A stretch of 63,939 nucleotides of DNA, the filler included, from Chiloscyllium plagiosum (taxonomy: Eukaryota), in the NCBI RefSeq assembly GCF_004010195.1. It is 5 parts of 2 records of this genome, joined end to end, with 100 filler letters (N's around TTAATTAATTAA, not from the genome) between each part and the next. Parts side by side here need not be neighbours in the genome. Positions count along the whole stretch, not along the records: positions 48,256 to 61,262 come from NC_057715.1; positions 61,363 to 63,939 come from NC_057716.1; 3 more parts are not named here. One strand, written 5' to 3'. Numbering within the stretch: the stretch's first letter is position 1; each line of letters starts with the position of its first letter. Position numbers and translations under genes: made by a program. Positions 51,519 to 63,939 of this stretch are shown here, piece by piece. The notes beneath the pieces were generated by a model that did no database searches, was not told where the DNA came from, and was given only the letters and a program-made list of their open reading frames with translations.

Positions 51519-52342
51519 CTAGAAAGAAAGGCAAAATGAGGAAAACAGTAAGAAACCGCCTCATTTTTTTTTCATGGGACTAAGACGCATGTTTATCACG
51601 CAAAAGAAAAAAAAAATCAAACAGAGCCAGACATATAGGAGGCAGTGAGAAGGATCTTAACACAATTAGCCAGAGGCTGGGAATCCTGCAGTGAGTAACT
51701 CATCTCCTGACTCCCCAATGACCGTCCACCATCTACAAGGCACAGGTCAGGAATATTCCCCACTTGCCTGGATGGGTGCAGCTCCAACATCACTCAACAA
51801 GCTTGGCCAACATTTATTGTCCATTGTAGTTAAGACACAACCACATTGCTGTGGATCTGGAGTCACATGTAGGCCAGACCAGTGAAGGATAGCAGATTTC
51901 CTTCCTTGAAGGAGATTAGTGCACCAGATGGGTTTTTCTTGACAATTGTTTCATAGTCTTCAACTATACTCGTAATTCCAGATTTTTATTGAATACAAAT
52001 TCTGTCATCTGTCAAAGCCCCAGAACATTACAGATGCTGGAGATTAGAGTCAAGATTAGAGTGGTGCTGGAAAAGCACAGCAGGTCAGGCAGCATCCGAG
52101 GAGCAGGAGAATCAACGTTTCATGCAAACGCCCTTCATCAGGAAGGGTTCCTGACTCATCAAATTCCCGACGAAGGGCTTTTGCCCGAAACGTTGATTTT
52201 CCTGCTCCTCTCTGGGTTTATTGTCTTACGATAACACAAGTAGGCCATCACCTCCCCATCACTGCAGATCCAATTCCCTAAACGACTTCTAACACAAACA
52301 CCAACAATAAAGCTGGTTTCAGCCCCATGGTTTGCTGCATCA

Positions 52343-52591
<249 letters not shown>

Positions 52592-52722
52592 TTAGGTTTT
52601 AAAGTTTGCAGTTCATTTCTGTGGTGGTTAGTCACTGCAACATATTCACAAGAGACTGCAAGTGTTCTTTAGGAACAGAGTATAAGCTTATGATGAAGGG
52701 CTTTTGCCCGAAACGTCGATTT

Positions 52723-53222
52723 NNNNNNNNNNNNNNNNNNNNNNNNNNNNNNNNNNNNNNNNNNNNNNNNNNNNNNNNNNNNNNNNNNNNNNNNNNNNNN
52801 NNNNNNNNNNNNNNNNNNNNNNNNNNNNNNNNNNNNNNNNNNNNNNNNNNNNNNNNNNNNNNNNNNNNNNNNNNNNNNNNNNNNNNNNNNNNNNNNNNNN
52901 NNNNNNNNNNNNNNNNNNNNNNNNNNNNNNNNNNNNNNNNNNNNNNNNNNNNNNNNNNNNNNNNNNNNNNNNNNNNNNNNNNNNNNNNNNNNNNNNNNNN
53001 NNNNNNNNNNNNNNNNNNNNNNNNNNNNNNNNNNNNNNNNNNNNNNNNNNNNNNNNNNNNNNNNNNNNNNNNNNNNNNNNNNNNNNNNNNNNNNNNNNNN
53101 NNNNNNNNNNNNNNNNNNNNNNNNNNNNNNNNNNNNNNNNNNNNNNNNNNNNNNNNNNNNNNNNNNNNNNNNNNNNNNNNNNNNNNNNNNNNNNNNNNNN
53201 NNNNNNNNNNNNNNNNNNNNNN
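52723..53222. other. 500-N scaffolding gap
   Basis: 500 N, no spacer. Confidence 0.97.
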
Positions 53223-53358
53223 CACTTAGGGGCATATCCATCCCTATTCTTTAAGGAGATCTGATTGATACTTGCAAGGCAAATCTATAATTGCCCATGA
53301 ACTGAGTGTCAAATCCATAATTTATTACAAATCCCGGATTTCCCCTGAACTGCTTGGA

Positions 53359-53491
53359 TTAGTGTGGTGCTGGAAAAGCACAGCAGTTCAGGCAGCATCC
53401 GAGGAGCAGTAAAATTGACGTTTCGGGCAAAAGCCCTTCATCAGGAATACAGGCAGAGAGCCTGAAGGATGGAGAGATAAATAAAGAATCA
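53359..53491 (-). mobile_element. Short PLE-derived hammerhead insert in an ATG16L2 intron
   Basis: 13-bp TSD TGAACTGCTTGGA. The minus strand reads CTGATGAAGGGCTTTTGCCCGAAACGTC at 53417-53444. Confidence 0.8.
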
Positions 53492-54164
53492 TGAACTGCT
53501 TGGACTATTTCAGAGGGCAAGAAAGAGTCAACTACATCACTGTTGGTCTGGAGTCACATGTCGGCCAGACCAGGTAAGGACAGCAGATTTCTTGGACGCT
53601 AGGAAATTGTTTCCGTTAGACGGGGAGACTAGGACCCGTGGACACAGCCTTAGAATTAGAGGGGGTCAATTCAGAACAGAAATGTGGAGACATTTCTTCA
53701 GCCAGAGAGTGATGGGCCTGTGGAATTCATTGCCGCAGAGTGCAGTGGAGGCCGGGACGCTAAATGGATTCAAGGCAGAGATTAATAAATTCTTGATGTC
53801 ACAAGAAATTAAGGGCTACGGGGAGAATGCGGGTAAGTGGAGTTGAAATGCCCATCAGCCATGACTGAATGACGGAGTGGACTCGATGGGCCGAAAGGCC
53901 TTACTTCCACTCCTATGTCTTATGGTCTTATGGTAGTTGCCATGGTCACCATTACTGAGACTAGTTTCCAGTTACTGTAGTGGGGTTTGAACCCATCTTC
54001 CCAGAATATTAGCCTGGGGTCTGAGGAGTGACAGTACTGCTATTCCACCAACTCCCCAATGCCCTATTGAAATTCATGTTAACCCTTTATTACAAAGGGG
54101 CTGGATTTTGATGGGGTTCAGAGAGCCCCTCACTCACTGAGAGCCCGTTGCAAATTGCCTTTAC

Positions 54165-54270
54165 CTTGTGTCCCACAGGCGAACCTTCTCATCAAAGTGA
54201 CCACTTATGATGAGGTAGTCTGAGCAAACGATGTCACTGCAGCGAGACGGGAGAGGGATCGAACTGACAC
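54165..54270 (-). CDS. ATG16L2: ATG16L2-like WD40 exon (106 nt)
   Basis: Encodes CVSSIPLPSRCSDIVCSDYLIISGHFDEKVRLWDT(R). AG/GT bounded, phase 1 in, phase 2 out. Confidence 0.88.
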
Positions 54271-56026
54271 CTGGAACAACAACAACAGGGGAGAGAAACA
54301 GACTGATGAGAAAACCTACATCTTCAACTAAATCCTCAAATACACTCAAGTCCTGAAGGGACTGAACCGTTGTCAGCTCTGAGACTGAAACCTTCCATCT
54401 CGATCCCACGAAATATAAATGGCTTTCCTGGGAATGTCAGGATCTCATTATCACTTCCCCACTTTAGAGTCATGGATGCTGAGCTTATGATTAAACTGCA
54501 GGCTGAAATCTTATGGGAAATGTTCAGATGATTTATGTATGAGATAATGGATTCCAGACAACTTGCTCCGAGCTTGGATCTATGTGACTGGGAAAAGGTG
54601 TTGGATTATTCATTTACAATTTCGATAAAAGTCATGGCCAACTGGGAGTGAGGCGGGGATGGGGGAGTTGGATGTCGTGTAGAACTAACCCTTGCAAGCT
54701 AATGGGTTAGGGAGAACATGGCCAGCAAGTTCTAGTTATTTTTAACCAACCTGTACAGGGATGTTATAGCACACTTTTGGAGCAGGTGGGACTTGAATCC
54801 GTGGGACTTTCTGGACCAGAGGTAGGGACGCTACCAAAGGCACCACAAGAGTCCAAAAAAAAAAGTTGGTCAGTGAACCTGTCTAGAAATACACAGCTTT
54901 TCAGAGACATTTCCAAACATAGTGTTACACACCTCTGGAGTAAGTAGGACTTTTTCACCCAGAGAGTAGGGGGGGGTTGGTGTTACTTGAAACTCACTGC
55001 CTGGAACTCATCTTCATAACAACTGAAGAAGTGTTTAGTGTGCACTTGCACTACCAAGGCATACAAGGCTGTAGGCCAACTGTTGGAAAATGGGATTGGA
55101 ATAGATAGGGGGTTAGTTTTGACTGATGCAAACTCGATGGGCAGAAGGGACTTTTGTCTGTGCTGTAGATATCTCCGATTCTATGACTTGACCCTGACCA
55201 CCTGACTGAACGTTCGGGACATTACCACTGCACCTCAAGATCCTATCTCCTCGTTTTCACACTGGGACTAGGTATCTGATTGGTTAACAGTGATTGAAGA
55301 TGAGTCTCACAAAGAGGAGGTGCCAGGCTTAACAATAAGATATTGTTTGATAGCGGCTGTTACAATTTACATTCTCTGTTTTGACACGATGACAAAGACC
55401 ATCAGGAGCCAGGAAAGGCACATCCATCCCCTTCAGATAGACCACCCCTTTCTCCACTCGGCATTAGGAATAAAGGACATTAAGGATAAAATGATAACTG
55501 GTCCATTTTTGGTCTGGTCCATAACATAAGGGATGACCAGCGATGTAGATGAGGGCAATGCTTTTGATTTAATCTAATTAGACTTCAGTAAGGCTTTTGA
55601 GAAGGTCCCACATGTGAGATTGGTAGCAAAATTAAGAGTCCATGAGATTCAAATTTTTGCAAATTGGATCCAGAAATGGCTGAGGGTGGGAAGCAGGGAG
55701 GGATGGTTGAGGGGTGTTTTTCCGATTACAACTCTGTGTCTGGCGGTGTCCCACAAGGGTCAGCCCTTACTAATTAAATAAATGATTTATACTTGAATGT
55801 AGGAGGGTTGATCAGGAAGTTTGCAAATTATACAAAAATTGGTGCATGGTAAGTCGTGAAGAAGATTGCCTGGGATTACAGAAAGATGTAAATTGGGTTG
55901 GTCAGATGGGCAGAATGAACAAGGCAAGGGAATATATGATGAACAGCAGAACCCTGGGCATGCACTGAAGATTAGAGGTTCCTTGGTGTGCATGTAGACC
56001 AGACCCTTAGGTATCAGGACAAGAGG

Positions 56027-56346
56027 ATTAGATTAGATTAGATTACTTACAGTGTGGTAACAGGCCCTTCAGCCCAACAAGTCCACACCGACCCGCCGAA
56101 GCGCAACCCACCTAATTACCCTACATTTACCCCTTTACCTAACACTACGGGCAATTTAGCATGGCCAATTCACCTGACCTGCACATCTTTGGAGTGTGGG
56201 AGGAAACCGGAGCACCCGGAGGAAACCCACACAGACACGGGGAGAATGTGCAAACTCCACACAGTCAGTCGCCTGAGTCAGGAATTGAACCCGGGTCTCT
56301 GGCGGTGTGAGGCAGCAGTGCTAACCACTGTGCCACCGTGCCGCCC
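56027..56346 (-). mobile_element. HE1-type tRNA-derived SINE (young); other copies at ~9790-9990, 23378-23632, 47932-48021, 49467-49797, 51113-51380
   Basis: Head GGGCGGCACGGTGGCACAGTGGTTAGCACTGCTGCCTCAC with A/B-box-like GGTTCAATTCC, CR1-like tail and (TCTAA)n end. Confidence 0.85.
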
Positions 56347-56914
56347 TAACAACTGAATTTGGTGGTTAAGAAGAAATGAGATATTTGCTTTTATTAGGTG
56401 AGGCAGAAATTTTAAGAACAGGGTTGTTATGCTGGCACTGTACAAAACATTGGTTAGTTCGCAGGTGGAGTATTACGTGCAGCTCTGGAATCCACATTAT
56501 AGGAGGATATGGAGAGGGTGCAGGGAAGGGTTTCCGTTATGAAGAGAGTCAGAATCAGAGTCATAGAGATGTACAGCACGGAAACAGACCCTTCAGTCCA
56601 ACCCGTCCATGCTGACCAGATATCCCAACCCAATCTAGTCCCACCTGCCAGCACCCGGCCCATAACCCTCCAAACCCTTCCTATTCATATACCCATCCAA
56701 ATGCCTCTTAAATGTTGTAATTGTACCAGCCTCCACCACATCCTCTGGCAGCTCATTCCATACACGTACCACTCTCTGTGTGAAAAAGTTGACCCTTCGG
56801 TATTTTTATATCTTTCCCCTCTCACCCTAAACCTATGCCCTCTAGTTCTGGACTCCCCAACCCCAGGGAAAAGACTTTGTCTATTTATCCAATCCATGCC
56901 CCTCATGAATCATA

Positions 56915-57212
56915 AACACACAGACAGACATAAAGGCACACACAGACACACGTGTAGACACAGACAGTCACACAGACACAGGCATACATACATAGACAGG
57001 CATACAGACACACATAGACACAGTTGTACACACAGTCACACAGGCATACATACATAGACAGGCATACAGCCACAGGCATACATAGACAGACATACAGTCA
57101 CACACAGGCACAGCCACACACACACACACATAAACAGGCATACAGACACACACAGACAGAGGCAAAAAAAAGACAGAGACGCAAATAGAGAGTCACACAC
57201 ACACACACACAG
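56915..57212. repeat. CA-rich (ACAGACAC/ACAGGCAT) low-complexity repeat
   Basis: Visible degenerate tandem repeat. Confidence 0.9.
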
Positions 57213-58399
57213 TCAAATTAAAATATTGTCATGGATCAGAGTCATACACATGGAAACAGATGCTTCGCTCCATCTCGTCCACACCGACCAGATATCTGAA
57301 CCTAATCTAGTCCCATTTGCCAGCACTTGGCCCATATCCCTCTAAACCCTTCCTATTCATGCACCCCTCCAGATGCCTTTAAATGTTGTAATTGTACCAG
57401 CCTCCACCACTTCCTCCGGCAGCTCATTCCATACACGTACCACCCTCTGTGTGAAAAAGTTTCCCCTTAGGTTCCTTTTAAATATTCCCCACCTCACCTT
57501 AAACCTATGCCCTCCAGTTTTGGACATCCCTGGTCTGGGAAAAAGATCTATCCGTGCTTCTCATGATTTTATAAACCTCTATAAAGTCACCCCCTCAGCC
57601 TCCGATGCTGCCTGTAGCTCCAAACAGCCCCAGCCTGTTCAGCCTCTCCCTGTAGCTCAAATCCCCCAACCGTGGCAACATCCTTGTAAATCTTTTCTAA
57701 ACCCTTTCAGGTTTCACCAGACGTTGTGGAGGTCTCCATACACTGCCATTTCTCCTTGGCCAAAACATCCTTAACCAGCTCTTGAGATCATATTGAACAG
57801 CAAAGCAGGCTCAAAGGGCCGAATGGCCTACTCCTGCTCCTATTTTATTTTTCTCTGTCTCCTATCCATCTCTTCCTGTTTTCTTCTCTCCTCCCATTCT
57901 TCCACTGCTCCTGACCGCCAAAGCACTGGGATCATAAAAATGAAATCAAAGATGTCAGCTTTGTACAGAGGAAAGGGTTTGAGTCAGAAATAAAAAGGAG
58001 AGGAAATGGGGATAAAAGAAGGAACAAGATGAGAAGAGACTTGTAGTGATTGAAGCAAGGTTGGCCAGGTGAATCTCATTAAAAGTGAGATCCCCGACTG
58101 GGGATGTTAACTTGAACCAATCACGGAGCCCTGGCTAACAGATTTAAACAGAAGTGGGGTTGCGGGGGCATCTAGTGGTACAGAGATAGTGTCCCTACCT
58201 CTGGACCAGGTTCAAGTCCTCCAGAGGTGTGTATTAATACCTCTGAAAAGATTGATTACAAAAATAGATTATAAACAGGAGTGGTTCTGTTCACTCGAGG
58301 AGCTGGTTGGATCAGCGTCGCGTACTATTCTCGTGTAAATAAAGGGTGACTTGGTGACGGGATAATCCATTGAGTTACTTCAAGACCAAAGTCGTCAGC

Positions 58400-58790
58400 G
58401 GAGAGATGGGAAGAGACCGAGCAAGGAGAAACAGGAAAAGAATAGGTAGGGAGACAGGGAGAAGGCAACGTTGAAACAGGGGAAGGGGAGTGAATGAGGG
58501 ACAAAGGAAAAGGTGGAAGAGAAAGAGATAGAGAAGTAGCAGGGGAGAGAGTGCAAAGGGGAGACAGAAGCAAGGAGGGTAGGAGCAGAAGAGGAAGAGA
58601 CAGGTAAAGGGGAGGAAAGAGATTAGCAAAAAGTGGGGAAGTGAGAGAAAAGTGGGAATGAAATATGAAATGGGAAGACGAGAAGGGTAGAGACAGGGAG
58701 AAGATGGGAGAGAGAGGGGCGATAGGGAGCAGTGGAAGAAGGGGAGGAGAGAGGAATGAGAAGAGATGGATGGGAGACATAGAAAAAAAT
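58400..58790. repeat. Purine-rich (GA) low-complexity tract
   Basis: About 390 nt, overwhelmingly G/A on the plus strand. Confidence 0.85.
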
Positions 58791-59228
58791 TAGAAGGAGT
58801 AGGCCATTCTGTCCCATGTGCCTACTTTGCTGTTCGATATGATCTTAGCTGATCATCCAACTACCCAGTTCCTGCTCTCTCCCTCATACCCTTCAATTCC
58901 TTTAGCTCCAAGAACTACAGCTAAGTCCTTGAGAGAGTAAGAATGAGAGTTAACTGTATCAACTCTTGCTCTACATCAGACGGAGGGCATCAGCTAGACG
59001 GTTAATTGAACACATGTAAAGAGATACTGTCGAGACCAGGAGTGGGATATGTGGTTGAGGGGGAGTGGGGGTCAAAGAGACAGAGTCGTACCTCAGGTAC
59101 ATGAAGAAAGGGCCACAGACAATCAGAGAGCAGGTCAGTAAAGTGAGACAGTGCTTTGAAAAAGCAGAAAAGGAGCAGGCCGACCCTCCAGCGGTGTGTA
59201 AAAGCAGGAATGAAGTGAACTTACTCAC

Positions 59229-59349
59229 AGGCAGCTTTTCTCAAGTCCCAGACTTTGACTGTTCTGTCGTGGCTTCCTGTGACAGCTTCTTGACAGTAAA
59301 ACTTGAACTTTGCCGCTGTGACCTTTGCACTGTGACCCGACAAAGTGTG
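59229..59349 (-). CDS. ATG16L2: ATG16L2-like WD40 exon (121 nt)
   Basis: Encodes HTLSGHSAKVTAAKFKFYCQEAVTGSHDRTVKVWDLRKAA; KVTAAKFK..AVTGS.DRTVK is ATG16L2-like. Acceptor TTTTCTCCCCAG, donor GTGAGT. Not in the ORF track; translated by hand. Confidence 0.88.
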
Positions 59350-60212
59350 CTGGGGAGAAAATGTGAAGCAGAACAATAAAAAGTGTAAAATACCAAAACT
59401 TAGAAAGAGACTAAAACTCAGGAAAAAAAAAAGACACTAAAAGAAAACTCATTAAAGATTGCATAGATTTAATAAGACCATAGACTGTGGGAGCTGGAGG
59501 GGGCTGCTCAGCCCATTGAGTCTGCTCCACCTTTCAATAAGATGGTGGCTGGATCTGATAATCCTCAACTCCACGTTTCCTTCTTTATCTAACATGAAGT
59601 CTGTTTCATGAGGGTAGTGGGTGCATTAGCACAGGCTCAAGTCAGTGTCCGAAAGATGCAGATCCAAATCCCACCATGGCTGCTGGTAGTGGAATTTAAT
59701 TGTACTTATTGAACAAGTACAAACACAATGGGCTGAATGGCCTCCTCATTCTTAGCTTGAACAGTTCAGAGATCAGTTTTCTGTAACTAGTGGATGTTGT
59801 TATTACTGCAATGTTAAGTTGACTAAAGCATCTCAGATACCTCTGAGCCACTCCCCAAAGAGCCCAACACTCGCCCCTGATAGGTCCAATTATCAGCACC
59901 ACTTTTTACTCAGTGATCACATGCCCACCTCTCAAAGGCTAATTCCCAGGAGGTGGGTGTTGCTGGCTGAGCCAGCATTGATTGCCCTTCCCTAGTTGCC
60001 CCTTGAGTAGGTAGGAGTGGGCTGTCTCCTTGAACAGCTGCAGTCCATATGCTGCAGGGATACCCACAGGACAATCAGATTTTGCAGTGAGTCATACAAC
60101 TGGAGTGCCTCACTCAACCATTTCAGAGGCACTCATCACGGTGAACCTGGAGTCATGTGTCAGCCAGACCAGACCGGGACAGAGGTTTCCTTCGCCATAG
60201 GACATTTCGTCA

Positions 60213-60557
60213 AGACGACCGTGGTAGGATGGATATCAAACAATGATGAGTCAGAATACGGGAAGGAGACAGAGGGCTTGGTGACGTGGTGCAATGAGAA
60301 CAACCTCATTCTCAGTGTCAGCAAAACTAAAGAACAGCTCGTTGACTTCAGAAAAAAAGGAGGAAGACACCCCCCCATCTACATCAATGGAGTGGAAGTT
60401 GACAGGGTGGAGAGGGTCAAGTTCCTCGGAGAGACGATAACTGACAACCTGTCCTGGCCCTCCCATGTAGATGCGGCACAACAATGCCTCTCCTTCCTCA
60501 GGCGGCACAGGAAATTCAGCATGTCCATAAGGACCCTCACCAACTTCTACAGATGCA
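60213..60557 (+). mobile_element. Rex1/Babar-type LINE RT C-terminal fragment
   Basis: TTVVGWISNNDESEY..LVTWCNENNLILSVSKTKEQLVDFRK..VKFLG..ITDNLSW..LTNFYRC. Confidence 0.75.
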
Positions 60558-60801
60558 TATTTCTAGGTTTAACTGGGTTCCTTCCCATGAGTGGTGAGGA
60601 TAGCTTTGTTTTTACAACAATTGACACCAGTCGCCCTTAATCTGGCTCTTAATTCCATTGATCAATGACTGTTGTCATGGTTACCATTACGAAGAGTGGC
60701 TTTCAATTCCAGAGTTTATGCACTGAATTGATGTTTCACAAGCTGATGGTGTGTCCCCATATTACTAACTCTGTCCAGAAACATTGCTACTACACCACAT
60801 T

Positions 60802-60958
60802 GCTGAAAATGTGTTGCTGGTAAAGCACAGATTCCTGATGAAGGGCTTATGCCCGAAACGTCGATTCTCCTGTTCCTTGGATGCTGCCTGACCTGCTGTG
60901 CTTTACCAGCAACACATTTTCAGCTCTGATCTCCAGCATCTGCAGACCTCACTTTCTC
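60802..60958 (+). mobile_element. Short PLE-derived insert with intact hammerhead core and a 29-bp inverted arm
   Basis: 15-bp TSD CTACTACACCACATT (60787-60801 / 60959-60973). Core CTGATGAAGGGCTTATGCCCGAAACGTC. Confidence 0.85.
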
Positions 60959-61079
60959 CTACTACACCACATTACACATTTAATAAGGTAAGGTTCATTC
61001 TAAACTTCCTCTATTGAATATAAGTCTGTTATTAATTTTATAGCAACTTGAACTAAACTTTTTACTTTAGTACTGAGTA

Positions 61080-61262
61080 GGTGTTCAGATAAGCGGGGTA
61101 TGGATGCTAGGGCAGTTGCTTGCTCCTCCTGCAGAATGTGGCAGGTGGGAGACATGATACATGTCTCCGCTGGCTACGTCTGTGGGAAGTGCACCCAACT
61201 CCAGCTCCTTGAAAACCGTGTTAGGGAATTGGAGCTGGAGCTGGATGAACTACGGATCATTC
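61080..61262 (+). mobile_element. CR1 ORF1 N-terminus (zinc finger / leucine zipper)
   Basis: MDARAVACSSCRMW...YVCGKCTQLQLLENRVRELELELDELR: CxxC..CxxC plus heptad leucines. Truncated by a gap. Confidence 0.8.
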
Positions 61263-61362
61263 NNNNNNNNNNNNNNNNNNNNNNNNNNNNNNNNNNNNNN
61301 NNNNNNTTAATTAATTAANNNNNNNNNNNNNNNNNNNNNNNNNNNNNNNNNNNNNNNNNNNN

Positions 61363-61560
61363 TATCCTGGAACATTAAGCTGCCAGTCCTGCCCATCCCT
61401 GAGCCATGTTTCCGTAATTGCTACGATATCCCAGTCCCATGTTCCTAACCATGCCCTGTGTTCATCTGCCTTCCCAGTTAGGCCCCTTGCATTGAAATAA
61501 ATGTAGTTTAATTTATTAGTCCTACCTTGTCCCTGCCTGCCCTGTTTGACTCGCTTCTGT
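61363..61560 (-). mobile_element. CR1 ORF2 endonuclease start
   Basis: Minus strand YFNARGLTGKADE..WDWDIVAITETWLRDGQDWQLNVPG. Confidence 0.8.
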
Positions 61561-62781
61561 TCTCAACTGTACCAGTCTCAGATTTTATGAGTATGACAAT
61601 GTTGCTTGACTAGTCTGTGAGACAGCTTTTCCCAATTTTGGCTGCTGTCATTTCCAGTGCCAAGTCAATGCCAGGTAGTCCATCTAGTTTAAGTAATTTG
61701 CTGAGACTTTGCAGTGATCGTTACACCTGAGTGGCCATTTCAGAGGGCAGTTGAGAGTCAACTTACACTGCTGTCATTCTGGAGTCATATGTAGGCCAAA
61801 ACAGGTGAGGAATGTCAGATATCCTTCCCTGGAGAACATTAGTAAATCAGATGGGTTCATGATTATAATTAGATTTTTAATTCCAGATACTTATTGAGTT
61901 TAAATTCCTCCATTTGCCATACCAGGTTTTAAACCCTTGCCGTGAATCATGAGTTTTTGAATTAATAGTTTAGCAATGATACCACAAGGCTATTGCCTCC
62001 CTCTGCAACAATGTCCTTGGACAGGGATGATTGACATCTAACGTACCCAACCATCTATCTTTATGCTTCAGCTGGGGGATGTTGATTGTCCAGTAGTATT
62101 CATAGCTAGATATGGCAAGACTGTCTCAAGCTGCTACCAAAATCTGGCAAGCAAATTATTTTGTGTTGTGGCTTTGCCAGCTTGACACCTCATTTTTCGG
62201 TATGCCTGGTACTTCTCCTAGCATATCCTCCTGCCCTTTTGACTGAACCAGAGTATATTCCCTGTCTTTTTGGTAATGTTAATGGAAAAGATTTATCAGC
62301 CTGTGAAGATTGTGGCTGAAGGTAAATCTGGTATCGCTGCTGACCCACAAACCTCATATGCCCAATTTTGAATTCCTTGATCTGTTCTCAACCTGTTCCA
62401 TTTAACGTAATTGTAATGCCTCTGCACATGTTGGAGGTGGCTCAATGTGAAGGTGGCAGTCTTGACAAGGACTGTGCAATGGTCACTTTCTATCAGCTCT
62501 TTGATGGACAGCTGCTTCTGCAGCAGGAAGATTGATGAGGATGAGGACTAGAAAGTTTCTGTCTCCTTTAAAATAAAATAAAAATACTTTGGATGCTGGT
62601 GATCTGAAATAAATTTTGAACTTATTTCTGGACTCAAAACATTAACTTTTCCTCTCTCCACAGTTGCTGCCGATTTGCTCAGTTTCTCCAGCACTTTGTT
62701 TTTAGTCCCTTCAGGACTCTGCCACCTAAAGGTTGACTCCAGCCTTGGATTATTGTAACTCTTATGTGTTTTTCTTTAAAG

Positions 62782-62861
62782 GAGATGCTAACAGACAAAT
62801 CAGTGAATACAAGTTTAAACTCACTAAAACTGAACAGGAAATAACTGCGCTGGAACAAAAT
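62782..62861 (+). CDS. LRRFIP1/LRRFIP2-family coiled-coil exon (80 nt), isolated
   Basis: Acceptor TTTTTCTTTAAAG, donor GTAAGT. Encodes (R)[26 protein letters not shown], matching the LRRFIP C-terminal coiled coil. Paralog not resolvable. Confidence 0.85.
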
Positions 62862-63449
62862 GTAAGTATTTAATAATACAACAGAGTGCTTTAGAAAGTA
62901 CAGAATGGAGAAAAAGCTACTCAGCTGTTTGTCCTACTCCTTCCAAAGCAAATGTAAATTTTGCTAAGTAAGATCTCTCTCTACTCATTTACTGTTGCAC
63001 ACACCTCTCTATTGACAAACCTACCATCTATTTCATGCTTTTTTACAGCCCAAATTTACTGTGAATCATAAAATCTGTCTGCTTATTTAGTGTCCTCCTT
63101 TGTGCACATTCTCTTTCATCTTGGACTCTCTCTACCCACATATTTAATCCCCTTCCGAATTGGCCTTTCTGAGCCAATGTGCTTTGTGATCTTTTAGTTG
63201 AATTTTGGAGTTGTGTTTGGAAAATAGCGGAGGTCGTGTCATTGAAATTATATAAGGCTGGGTTAGATAGACTTCTAATTGTCAAGGATTCAAACAAAGG
63301 TTTATAAAATCATGAGGAGCATGGATAGAATAATTAGAAAAGGTCTTTTCCCTTGGTTGGGGGAGTGCATAACTAGAGGGCATAGGTTTAGGGTAAGAGG
63401 GGAAAAAATTTGAAAAGGAACTAAGGAGGCTGGTACAATTACAACATTT

Positions 63450-63939
63450 AGAGTCATAGAGTCATAGAGATGTACAGCATGGAAACAGACCCTTCGGTCC
63501 AACCCGTCCATGTCGACCAGATATCCCAACCCAATCTAGTCCCACCTGCCAGCACCCAGCCCATATCCCTCCAAACCCTTCCTATTCATATACCCATCCA
63601 AATGCCTCTTAAATGTTGCAATTGTACCAGCCTCCACCACATCCTCTGGCAGCTCATTCCATACACATACCACCCTCTGCGTGAAAAAGTTGCCCATTAG
63701 GTCTCTTTTTTTAATATCTTTCCCCTCTCACCCTAAACCTCTGCCCTCTAGTACTGGACTCTCCGTCCCCAGGAAAAAACTTTGCTTATTTATCCTATCC
63801 ATGCCCCTCATAATTTTGTAAACCTCTATAAGGTCACCCCTCAGCCTCCGACGCTCCAGGGAAAACAGCCCCAGCCTGTTCAGCCTTTCCCTGTAGCTTA
63901 GATCCTCCAATCCTGGCAACATCCTTGTAAGTCTTTTTT
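63450..63939 (-). mobile_element. CR1 (HER1-like) 3' end; similar copies at 56558-56908 and 57238-57718
   Basis: (AGAGTCAT)n tail and LGLFSLERRRLRGDLIEVYKIM. Confidence 0.9.

Noticed and set aside
52606..53264. Long ORFs of X residues
   Set aside because: Artifacts of the 500-N gap.
56260..56346. tRNA-like sequences with A/B boxes
   Set aside because: These are SINE heads followed by SINE body and LINE tail, not tRNA genes.

Overview
Repeat-dense vertebrate genomic DNA. The repeat landscape (HE1-type SINEs, HER1/CR1 LINEs, Deu-domain SINE relics) points to a cartilaginous fish, probably a shark; the species cannot be fixed from sequence alone. It is a draft scaffold with four 100-nt gaps, each carrying an artificial TTAATTAATTAA spacer, and one 500-N gap. 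Host genes: an RSF1-like gene on the minus strand (exon 1 with a CpG-rich promoter at ~44.1 kb plus four C-terminal-region exons at 24.3-31.3 kb; middle and last exons not found), four WD40 exons of an ATG16L2-like gene on the minus strand (51.5-59.3 kb), and one isolated LRRFIP1/2-like exon on the plus strand (62.8 kb). Mobile DNA: many CR1 fragments, a decayed Gmr1-type Gypsy element (integrase upstream of RT) with nested insertions, Penelope-like (PLE) RT and GIY-YIG fragments, and a Rex1/Babar fragment. The most striking non-coding signal is a dense population (about 20 recognisable copies, at least 4 sequence families) of short PLE-derived inserts carrying minimal hammerhead-ribozyme cores (CUGAnGA-stem II-GAAA-NUH). 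Many are fold-back hairpins flanked by 11-17 bp target-site duplications. Hammerheads in PLEs are an established phenomenon; activity of these particular copies is untested.
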